Source: an uncultured Gammaproteobacteria bacterium (lineage in GTDB: Bacteria > Patescibacteriota > Microgenomatia > UBA1406 > GWC2-37-13). From it: DNA of 64,000 nt. The notes beneath the pieces are model-generated. The model ran no database searches and was not told the origin of the DNA. It saw only the letters and a list, made by a program, of their open reading frames with translations. The stretch covers positions 1,203 to 65,202 of the forward strand of contig CAZMIL010000003.1 in the NCBI GenBank assembly GCA_964566425.1. The letters are read 5' to 3'. Position numbers and translations under genes: made by a program. Below, piece after piece: positions 34,489-42,337 of this stretch (within the stretch, counting starts at the first letter, position 1; every line of letters starts with the position of its first letter).

Positions 34489-35127
34489 TTACCTCCCCAC
34501 ATAGAACATCAAAATTGAAAAATCTCGCAAATCGCAACGGCCATCGCGATTAAGATCACAATCAGCATTGGTAAGATTATTGACTATTGCTTTTGCCTGT
34601 TGTGAAAAATTACTTTGCCAATCATCGACCCAAATTTTGACCACCGCCGGCAAATCGCTGCGCAAAATTCTGCCAATACCATTGATATCAAAAGCCTTTA
34701 AAGCCGGTGGAAGAACAGGTGTAGGGTTGAGGGTAATGGTTGACGTTGTTGCCGTGCCCGGAGTCGGCGTGGATGTAGTCGTGCTACTAGTAACAGAAAC
34801 TGTTATAGTCGGTGTCGGCGTGGGGGTTGAAGAGGGAGTAGGAGTAGCTGTCGGCGTGGGAGTTGCGATGCAACCAGATGTATCGTAACTACAGCTGATA
34901 TCGCAGGTAAGCGTCCCTCCGCCGTAACCTAGACTTGCACAAGTGGCTCCTCCCAGATCAGAATTATCGCAATCTTCTCCGCCTTCTTTGACGTTATTGC
35001 CGCAGATGCTTATTTTGACGGTGGCATTAATTGGACTGGATGAACTCGCGCGAACGTATTGCATAATCAGTAAAAATGCCGCTAAGAGAAAGAGTAAAGC
35101 GAGCAGTGTATTGTTTAAAAATTTCAT
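34489..35127 (-). CDS. Secreted Cys-rich-repeat protein with a TP linker and a dockerin-like C-terminus
   Basis: Signal peptide. CGNNVKEGGEDCDNSDLGGATCASLGYGGGTLTCDISCSYDTSGC. (TP)n linker. FDINGIGRILRSDL ... CDLNRDGRCDLRDFSILMFYV. Confidence 0.6.
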   Translation of the reverse strand: MKFLNNTLLALLFLLAAFLLIMQYVRASSSSPINATVKISICGNNVKEGGEDCDNSDLGGATCASLGYGGGTLTCDISCSYDTSGCIATPTPTATPTPSSTPTPTPTITVSVTSSTTTSTPTPGTATTSTITLNPTPVLPPALKAFDINGIGRILRSDLPAVVKIWVDDWQSNFSQQAKAIVNNLTNADCDLNRDGRCDLRDFSILMFYVGR

Positions 35128-35139
35128 CCATTCGTTTGT

Positions 35140-35772
35140 TTATTCCGGCTTTTTTAAATTAATTTGGATATTAAAGTACTTTCTGATTAAGGTGGCCAAG
35201 ACAATCACTATAATTATTCCCAAAATCCATTGCGGCCAAGGGGCATAGACTTCCCAGAAAGAAATCAATTTGTAATAAAACGCCTGAAAAATATTGGCAG
35301 GAACGATAGTGAAGTAAAGCTTTGAAGCCGCAGCAATCCCAATTGTTGTCACTCCGGCTTTAGCTTTTTGGATGGGCATGCCTTCTAAATAGGCAAAATA
35401 ATTTCCTGGTTTAGTTGCCAACGGCAAATTTAATTTAACGTCGACGACCTGGACTTTACCTGGGTTGAGGCGGAATGTCTGCGGAGAGAAGATAAACCAG
35501 CTCTGAGGGGGACGCAGCCGAGTTTGTTTCTCATGATATTGTATATCAACCGTATAATCGGATGGTTCATCCCCGGTATTTATCACGCTGAAAGGAGGAA
35601 GGTTGTAGATGACGCCCGGTTTGAGTTTTTCTTTGACTTCAATCTTACCTGCGGCAACTCCCACTCCCAATCTAGCCAAAATAAGGGCGGGGAAGAATAG
35701 AAAAAGAAACAAAATAATAATGCCCGTCTTTCTCACTGTTTGAATTATAGTCAAGCCAAAAAAAGAATGCAA
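35140..35772 (-). CDS. Membrane-anchored Ig-like-fold protein (DUF916/DUF3324-like, by inference)
   Basis: 210 aa with an N-terminal signal/TM, LKPGVIYNLPPFSVINTGDEPSDYTV...FRLNPGKVQVVDVKLNLP and C-terminal TMs. Confidence 0.55.
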   Translation of the reverse strand: MHSFFGLTIIQTVRKTGIIILFLFLFFPALILARLGVGVAAGKIEVKEKLKPGVIYNLPPFSVINTGDEPSDYTVDIQYHEKQTRLRPPQSWFIFSPQTFRLNPGKVQVVDVKLNLPLATKPGNYFAYLEGMPIQKAKAGVTTIGIAAASKLYFTIVPANIFQAFYYKLISFWEVYAPWPQWILGIIIVIVLATLIRKYFNIQINLKKPE

Positions 35773-35779
35773 GAGTAGG

Positions 35780-36310
35780 TTAGTAAGCGACAGCCTGAAC
35801 AGTTACATTGACTGACTGCTGAGTATAATCGCTAGAACTAGTGGGAGTGCTTATTTGCAGGTTTAAATTCTTAGTTCCACTTGTTGCTACATTAGTTGCC
35901 AAGGTCTGGTAGCTGGTGGTCAAAGCTGTACCTCCCGAAAAGGTGCTACAAGTATTGTTGAGAAATTTTTGAGTATAGGCGTCAGATGCTGGTGAAGCAG
36001 CTAATGTCCAATTTGCAGAATCTTGACCTTTTATATTAAAAGTTTCAGCTACATTCCCATCATTAGTGACGGTTTGCAGATCGTTTAAGTCACCGGTGCA
36101 AGTACTTTTGCTTGCGCTTGTTGCCAAAGTTCCATAACCAACTGCACCATCAGCCACAGAAACAGAAATATTTTGGACAGTAACAGTAGCAGTGACATTT
36201 GCTGTACCTCCTGCTCTTACTGCATGGGTAAAGACAAGAAGCGCAAGAAACAAAAATACGGGAAAAATTATAAGCAGATAGTTTCGCAGATTAAAATAAT
36301 TTTTTTTCAC
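35780..36310 (-). CDS. Secreted 176-aa protein, paralog of the C-terminal domain of the upstream 506-aa protein (WxL-like, by inference)
   Basis: GTG start and signal peptide. It shares ALTTSYQTLATN, NIKGQ, WTL and QQSV.VT.QAV with 36366..37886. Confidence 0.6.
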   Translation of the reverse strand: MKKNYFNLRNYLLIIFPVFLFLALLVFTHAVRAGGTANVTATVTVQNISVSVADGAVGYGTLATSASKSTCTGDLNDLQTVTNDGNVAETFNIKGQDSANWTLAASPASDAYTQKFLNNTCSTFSGGTALTTSYQTLATNVATSGTKNLNLQISTPTSSSDYTQQSVNVTVQAVAY

Positions 36311-36365
36311 TATATGTTCAAGTAAAGCAACTTTTTAAATTCTTGTCAAGGACAATTGTAAGAAA

Positions 36366-37886
36366 TCAACGTTGGACAGCTTGAATAGTAACATCTACGG
36401 ACTGTTGACTATAACAGTTAGTTGAAGTAGGCGTAGTCAAACGTAAATCGAAATTTTGAGTCCCGTTGGTGCTGATGTTAGTAGCCAAAGTTTGATAAGA
36501 AGTAGTCAAAGCCGTCCAATTAGTCCCCCCATTAGTTGAGAATTCATGGACATACTGATCAGTGCCACTGGTTGCTGATAATGTCCATGGACAGGCTGTA
36601 TTTTGGCCCTTGATATTAAAATCTTCGGCCAGACTTCCGTTGTTGGTCAAAGTTTGAGTATTGTTCAAGCCACTGGAAGTAGTATTTTTGGAACCACCGG
36701 GGGCAACAAAACTGTATGTTACAGCACCATTGGAAACGCTCACAGAGATTATTGCAGTAGTGAAACTCACTTCGCTTCCATAACTGTAACCGGCTGTGTT
36801 ATGGGCATAGGCGCGGCCGTAGTAAGTGGCGCCGCTAGTTAGACCTGTCAAACTAACCGTAAAAGCGCCGGTACCAAAGCTGCCCGCATTTTCGGTATAG
36901 CTGGCATAGCCGGAAGAAGTCGGAGCAACATCACCAGGGAGACTGCGACTTGACGTATCATAGACAAATCCGTTTTTGTCGGCGTTTATCCCCCCTGTAT
37001 CTGTAATGTTGCCGTTGGCTGTAGCGGTTATACCTTTAACATTCGATGCAGCTTGAGTGGTAACCGTGGTTAACTGCGGCGGTTTCAGGGCAAGGGAGAT
37101 TGCGCCTTTATATGTAGTTTGGGCCATCGTGAGTGTTGTCGTAGTATAAGAACCAGCTGTTGCCTTTTCGCCTGTAGCCATACAATTTCCTCCTCCATTT
37201 CCGGCCGTGCTGGTGTTATCACTACGCTCAGTTATATTGGCAAGATCCGCATTGGTCCAAGCAGAGCATTGAGCAGTGCTAGTCCCGTTGAAACTCGAAG
37301 ATATTATCAGGGTCACCAGGGTGTTAGCTACTGTGGTGGTGGCACCCGGGATAGTGCCGGTGGTATCGTTAGCGGCGCTATCATTGCCGCCCGCGCCGGT
37401 ATCCCAGGGATTACCTGTTTGGATGACACCAGAAAAACAATAGATGATACCTTCAGTGTTGTCCCCGGAGTCAGCCACTGTGGGGGCCGTATCTCCGCCA
37501 ACAGTCCGTTTCCAGAAAACTGCCAATCTAGAAGCTGGATTCGTGGCTGCAGTGCCTGCAGACTGGGGAGACCACGTCGGCAGTTCGGAAAAACCCTGAG
37601 CCGAAGAGAGTGAAATAGCCTGGTTTTCTGACGAAACAGCGAGGAGACAGATATCATTAGCCTGCATCGAGGCAGGATAAGGCGGCGCTATAGTTCCGGT
37701 GCCGGCAGTGAAAGTACCCGCGGCCCTGTATGCCGGTAATGGTGCTGTTGCCCGCACTTCCTGGATCTCCGGTGGAATTTTTGGATTCTGCCAAATGACC
37801 GGCCAGCCTGCGAGTATCCAAAAGAGGACGAGGAAAAAGACGAATAAACTTTTAAGCAATTTTTTTACTCTTTTCGTCATATCCAT
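36366..37886 (-). CDS. Membrane-anchored multidomain surface protein (unknown N-domain, FN3-like, C-terminal WxL-like domain)
   Basis: The ORF track gives 36366..37946. The start is moved to ATG 37886 (MDMTKRVKK), just after TATAAT (37896-37891). TM FVFFLVLFWILAGW. FN3-like ...ATYYGRAYAHNTAGYSYGSEVSFTT. Confidence 0.65.
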   Translation of the reverse strand: MDMTKRVKKLLKSLFVFFLVLFWILAGWPVIWQNPKIPPEIQEVRATAPLPAYRAAGTFTAGTGTIAPPYPASMQANDICLLAVSSENQAISLSSAQGFSELPTWSPQSAGTAATNPASRLAVFWKRTVGGDTAPTVADSGDNTEGIIYCFSGVIQTGNPWDTGAGGNDSAANDTTGTIPGATTTVANTLVTLIISSSFNGTSTAQCSAWTNADLANITERSDNTSTAGNGGGNCMATGEKATAGSYTTTTLTMAQTTYKGAISLALKPPQLTTVTTQAASNVKGITATANGNITDTGGINADKNGFVYDTSSRSLPGDVAPTSSGYASYTENAGSFGTGAFTVSLTGLTSGATYYGRAYAHNTAGYSYGSEVSFTTAIISVSVSNGAVTYSFVAPGGSKNTTSSGLNNTQTLTNNGSLAEDFNIKGQNTACPWTLSATSGTDQYVHEFSTNGGTNWTALTTSYQTLATNISTNGTQNFDLRLTTPTSTNCYSQQSVDVTIQAVQR

Positions 37887-38015
37887 CTTAATTATAGCGA
37901 AATTTTGTGGTAACGAAATCAATAAGCCTGCATCGTAGGATTGCACATCTCGAGAAACATCTCGAGCTTTCTTCTAATTGAACCTTTCGCAAATTTTTGT
38001 TATAACTAAACTTTC

Positions 38016-38804
38016 ATGATTAAAGTTAGCAATTTGGTGAGAAAATTCGGCGATTTAACAGCAGTTAATGATATTTCTTTTAATGTAGCAGAGGGTGAGA
38101 TCTTTGCTTTTCTCGGACCAAATGGAGCAGGGAAAACGACCACAATTAAAATGTTGACAACTTTACTACATCCCACTTCCGGGACAATTGAAATTAACGG
38201 TTTTAATCCAGTCACCCAGCAAGATCAAGTGCGGAAATCTTTTGGCATTGTTTTCCAAGACCCCAGTCTTGACGATGAACTAACAGCTTTTGAAAATATG
38301 GAATTTCACGGCGTTTTGTATAGAGTGCCACGTGATTTAAGAAGAAAACGGATTGAAGAATTGATGAAAATTGTCGAGTTGTGGGACAGAAGAGGCGATT
38401 TGGTCAAAACTTTTTCCGGCGGGACTAAACGCAGACTGGAAATTGCCAGAGGCTTAATCCATCATCCTCGAATTTTTTTTCTTGATGAACCGACTCTCGG
38501 TCTTGATCCGCAAACCAGAAATCATATGTGGAATTATGTTAAGGACTTAAATCTTAAAGAAAAAATTACCGTCTTTTTTACCACGCATTATATGGAGGAG
38601 GCAGAGCGACAGGCCCAAAGGATTGCGATTATAGATTATGGAAAGATTGTCGCGCGAGGAACGCCCCACGAACTGAAAAAGCAGACGCAAAGCAAAACCT
38701 TAGAGGATGCTTTTCTGAAATTAACCGGCCACGCCATCCGCGAAGAAGAAGCAAGCGGCATAGAGCATTTGCGGATACGGGCCAGAGTCTGGAGGGGACA
38801 CTAA
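38016..38804 (+). CDS. ABC transporter ATP-binding protein (ABC-2/DrrA-like)
   Basis: GPNGAGKTT, FSGGTKRRLEIA and FFLDEPT. Confidence 0.9.
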   Translation: MIKVSNLVRKFGDLTAVNDISFNVAEGEIFAFLGPNGAGKTTTIKMLTTLLHPTSGTIEINGFNPVTQQDQVRKSFGIVFQDPSLDDELTAFENMEFHGVLYRVPRDLRRKRIEELMKIVELWDRRGDLVKTFSGGTKRRLEIARGLIHHPRIFFLDEPTLGLDPQTRNHMWNYVKDLNLKEKITVFFTTHYMEEAERQAQRIAIIDYGKIVARGTPHELKKQTQSKTLEDAFLKLTGHAIREEEASGIEHLRIRARVWRGH

Positions 38805-38819
38805 GAGTTAAATAAATTT

Positions 38820-39566
38820 ATGGATGTAATTTATATTCTTTGGTTGAGACAGCTCAAGCGGTATCTGCGTTCACGCTCGCGGATAATCGGCTCGATTGGC
38901 CAACCATTGTTATTTTTAGTCGCCTTGGGTTTTGGTCTAGGTCGTGTTTTTCAAAAAGCAGGCGGCGGAAATTACATCATTTTTTTGACTCCGGGAGTAA
39001 TTTCTCAAGGGATCTTGTTTACAGCCATTTTTACCGGAATCGAACTAATCTGGGATAGACAATTTGGTTTTTTGAAAGAAACCTTAGTCGCGCCTGTTTC
39101 CCGTTTTAAAATCATGTTGGGAAGGACTCTGGGGGGAGCAACAATTGCCACTCTGCAAGGAATAATTATTTTGCTTTTGACTTTTGTCGTCGGTTTCAGA
39201 CCTTATAGTTGGTTAATGATGTTTTGGTCTTTTCCAATTATGTTTTTGATCGCTCTTTTCTTCACGGGTATCGGCACTGCTATTGCTTCAACGCTCGATG
39301 ATATGCAAGGGTTCCAGTTGATTATGAACTTTCTTGTCTTACCATTATTTTTTCTCTCCGGCGCACTCTTTCCGCTCACCGGCGCCCCCGGATTCTTGAT
39401 CGCCATTGCCGAAGTTGACCCTTTGACTTATGGTGTTGACGCTTTGAGAGGTGTTTTATCAAATTCAACTCAATTTTCGATGTTTACCAATCTTAGCGTG
39501 ATGATCATTCTAGCCTTTTTAATCCTAGTTATCGGTAGTTACCTATTCTCCAAAATCGAAACTTGA
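38820..39566 (+). CDS. ABC-2 type transporter permease
   Basis: 248 aa with 6 TM, adjacent to the ATPase. Confidence 0.8.
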   Translation: MDVIYILWLRQLKRYLRSRSRIIGSIGQPLLFLVALGFGLGRVFQKAGGGNYIIFLTPGVISQGILFTAIFTGIELIWDRQFGFLKETLVAPVSRFKIMLGRTLGGATIATLQGIIILLLTFVVGFRPYSWLMMFWSFPIMFLIALFFTGIGTAIASTLDDMQGFQLIMNFLVLPLFFLSGALFPLTGAPGFLIAIAEVDPLTYGVDALRGVLSNSTQFSMFTNLSVMIILAFLILVIGSYLFSKIET

Positions 39567-40873
39567 CTCCGGTTATAATGGAAATTATGGATAGTGATTC
39601 ACTGTTAATTATTTTTTCTTATGCTCCTGCCGGTTTTGGTCATTTGCGGGTGATGGATGCGCTTTATGACGGACTGGAGAATAAAACCAGCGCTTTGGTC
39701 CTTGGTTCACAAGATCAAGTTGTGACTTTTTTCCACCGTTTGAGCAGTGTCCATCCTTTAATCCGCAAAGTTTTTGAGTGGATGCAGCAGGGAACAGCCG
39801 AAGAGATCTTTACCCGCATATATAGATTTTCACTAAGAGCTAAAACTTCGCATCTCGAAAAACAAATCAAGACAATCTTGAATCAAGTAGTGATTAAACC
39901 CAAGACTCTTCTGGTAGTTTCAACCCACTTTGGTTTAGCTCACCAGTTTGGTAAATTGAAACAAAAAATTACTCAAGAGCTTAAATTGAAAACTTTCTTA
40001 GTTGTTCAGGTAACCGATGATAGTCCCCAAAAAATGTGGTACATCCCCGAGGCAGATATTATTTTTGTCCCCAGCGATTACACCAAAGAAAAATTGCTAG
40101 CATATGGTCAACAATCCAATTTTCGCATTCCAAAAATTGAAGTCATTCCTTATCCAGTTAGTCCTTTATTGACTAGACAAGCCCAGGATTTATATTGGCA
40201 GAGCCGCTGTAGTCAAGTCGACCCACAAAGAGACACGCAAATTAATATTTTGATTCCGATCTCCGGAGCCGCAGTTGGGCTGGATTTTTTTATCAAACTT
40301 ACCCAACACTTATACGAGGCAAATAATCGTTTTAAGTTTCACATTTTAGTCAAAAAAACTCTTTATACGGAAATGTTTGTCAACAAAATGGTTGTTTTAC
40401 CTTATATCAACCTTCATGTTTTCCCCGATGATAGGGAAATGGTCAATCAATACGAAGAAATTTACCATCGTGAAGTAATTTCTCTTGAGATAACCAAACC
40501 TAGCGAACAAGCATTTAAAGCCTTGCTGGCTCCGCAGCAAGTTGGCGGATCAATATTACTGTTTACAACGCCAATTGGCAGACAAGAATATGATAATCTC
40601 AAGTATTTGGCCAGGAATACTTTGATACCCGACCGAGAGCAGACCCGCAAAATATGGAAAAGGGCTAAAATCCGCAAGCCTTTAGCAATTGAAAGCGCAG
40701 ACGGCTTGAGGGGAATACAATTACCAAGCGAGCCGGTTCAGGCGGCAACCTTTATCGAGCAAATGTTAACAGAAGGTGTTTTCCAAAATATGCTGAGATA
40801 TAAAAAACGGGGAATTTTGGATTCAAGCGGAGTGGCAAAATTCTGGCAGCATGTATATAGTATGATATATTAA
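39563..40873 (+). CDS. Hypothetical protein, possibly GT-B-like glycosyltransferase fold
   Basis: 436 aa. N-terminal IFSYAPAGFGHLRVMDAL loosely recalls the G-rich loop of MGDG-synthase/GT28-type enzymes. Start uncertain (TTG 39563, ATG 39578 or ATG 39587). Confidence 0.5.
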   Translation: MTPVIMEIMDSDSLLIIFSYAPAGFGHLRVMDALYDGLENKTSALVLGSQDQVVTFFHRLSSVHPLIRKVFEWMQQGTAEEIFTRIYRFSLRAKTSHLEKQIKTILNQVVIKPKTLLVVSTHFGLAHQFGKLKQKITQELKLKTFLVVQVTDDSPQKMWYIPEADIIFVPSDYTKEKLLAYGQQSNFRIPKIEVIPYPVSPLLTRQAQDLYWQSRCSQVDPQRDTQINILIPISGAAVGLDFFIKLTQHLYEANNRFKFHILVKKTLYTEMFVNKMVVLPYINLHVFPDDREMVNQYEEIYHREVISLEITKPSEQAFKALLAPQQVGGSILLFTTPIGRQEYDNLKYLARNTLIPDREQTRKIWKRAKIRKPLAIESADGLRGIQLPSEPVQAATFIEQMLTEGVFQNMLRYKKRGILDSSGVAKFWQHVYSMIY

Positions 40874-40958
40874 GTTCAAATTTAATGGAATTTTCTGATA
40901 TAGAAAAAAAACACTTGCATCGCCAAAGCAATCTCTTTATACTGAAAATACAAAAAAT

Positions 40959-41564
40959 ATGGCTCAAGAATTGCAACATGGGCACCCGGTTATCAGAAGA
41001 ATTTACTTATATATTTTCATTCTGACGTTTCTACTTTTATTTGGTTTTATAGTTCTTTATTTTGCTTTAGTTCAACCTTCTTCTCAACCAGAACAAACAA
41101 ACCTTAGCCTTTCACCGACAGCTTTGCAAACTGAAAATAAAGGGACTTTGACGATGGCGGTGCAAAACAATCAACTGGCGGAAGTAAGTATGGGGCAAAC
41201 CTTTAATTTGCTGGTTTCGGCCTCGGCAGAAGACAGTAAAATCGTCGGTTATGATGTGCTGTTAAATTATGACAAAAAGGCTTTTAGCGTCGGGAAAGCA
41301 ACCACTCCTCTGCAATCCTTTCAAGTTTTCTCCAGTGACCATAATTCATATATGACCTTTACAGGAGCCTTAAATGTTAGCGGAGCACCGGTAGTTCTTT
41401 CCCAGACTCCTATTTTAACTGTCCCTTTTACCGCAAAACAAAAAGGCAAATATACTTTCAGCATTTTGCCAAAAGCGCAAAATGAATTGACTAAACTGGT
41501 GGAAGCGCAAACGACCAGATTGTTTGCTCCACAAGTCGCTACCTTACAAGTGACGGTGAACTGA
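40959..41564 (+). CDS. Membrane-anchored cohesin-like domain protein
   Basis: N-terminal TM. FNLLVSASAEDSKIVGYDVLLNYDKKAFSV...ILTVPFTAKQKGKYTFSI. Confidence 0.55.
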   Translation: MAQELQHGHPVIRRIYLYIFILTFLLLFGFIVLYFALVQPSSQPEQTNLSLSPTALQTENKGTLTMAVQNNQLAEVSMGQTFNLLVSASAEDSKIVGYDVLLNYDKKAFSVGKATTPLQSFQVFSSDHNSYMTFTGALNVSGAPVVLSQTPILTVPFTAKQKGKYTFSILPKAQNELTKLVEAQTTRLFAPQVATLQVTVN

Positions 41565-41597
41565 TTATTGTCATCCGCATAAAATTACAAACTTTGG

Positions 41598-41603
41598 TAT
41601 AAT
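41598..41603 (+). promoter_or_regulatory. -10 box TATAAT, 6 nt before ATG 41610 (leaderless-type)
   Basis: The sequence reads ggtataat-atttgt-ATG. Confidence 0.45.
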
Positions 41604-41609
41604 ATTTGT

Positions 41610-42089
41610 ATGAATGGAGCAAGAAAATCGACTAAATTTGGTTTAGGTTTAGCCATCGGGATTGTAGCTGGGACTTTGGCAGGCATTTTTTACGCTCCCA
41701 AATCAGGTAAACAGAACCGAAAGGACTTCGAAAAGAAATTGAATGAGCTGAAAAAGAAATTTTCTGAAATGGAAATTGAAAAAAGAGTTAAAGAAATTTA
41801 CGGGACGGTTAGTGAAGACGCCAAAGAACAATATCTAACTGTGACTAAGGAAGTGATGGAAAAACTAACCGGATTGAAAGATAAGCTTGAAGAGATTGAC
41901 ACTCAAAAATATCAAAAAATCGTCGAAAAAGTTCTAGCGGACCTCAAGCAGAAAGGCAGACCTTCTCCGGCCGTTCTCAACAAATTGAAGAAACAACTAT
42001 TTGTCGATTGGCAAAGTCTATTTGTCGCCAAAAAGGTCAAAAAAGCTCCTGTTAAAAGGGCAAAACCTCGAACAAGAGCCAAAAAATAA
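41610..42089 (+). CDS. YtxH-like general-stress membrane protein
   Basis: GLGLAIGIVAGTLAGIFYAPKSGKQNRKDF followed by a coiled coil. Confidence 0.7.
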   Translation: MNGARKSTKFGLGLAIGIVAGTLAGIFYAPKSGKQNRKDFEKKLNELKKKFSEMEIEKRVKEIYGTVSEDAKEQYLTVTKEVMEKLTGLKDKLEEIDTQKYQKIVEKVLADLKQKGRPSPAVLNKLKKQLFVDWQSLFVAKKVKKAPVKRAKPRTRAKK

Positions 42090-42091
42090 CC

Positions 42092-42337
42092 ATGGATTGG
42101 CAACAAGTTTTTTACTTTCTGGGTTCAATTATTCTTTCCTTGACTTTAGTTGTTTTTGTTGCCATCGCGGTCTTGACGATAGTCTTTTACTACAGATACA
42201 AAAAATGGGTTCGCGAATCAAAAGAAAAAGTTGCCAAATTTAAGGGAAAAATTGCTGCTCTGCCGTTTTTACCGATTATCGGTTACTTCATTAAAAGACT
42301 CCGTAAAAAGCGAAGAAGAGTAGAGGATGAGTCTTAA
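42092..42337 (+). CDS. Small membrane protein
   Basis: 81 aa with one TM and a basic tail. Confidence 0.5.
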   Translation: MDWQQVFYFLGSIILSLTLVVFVAIAVLTIVFYYRYKKWVRESKEKVAKFKGKIAALPFLPIIGYFIKRLRKKRRRVEDES

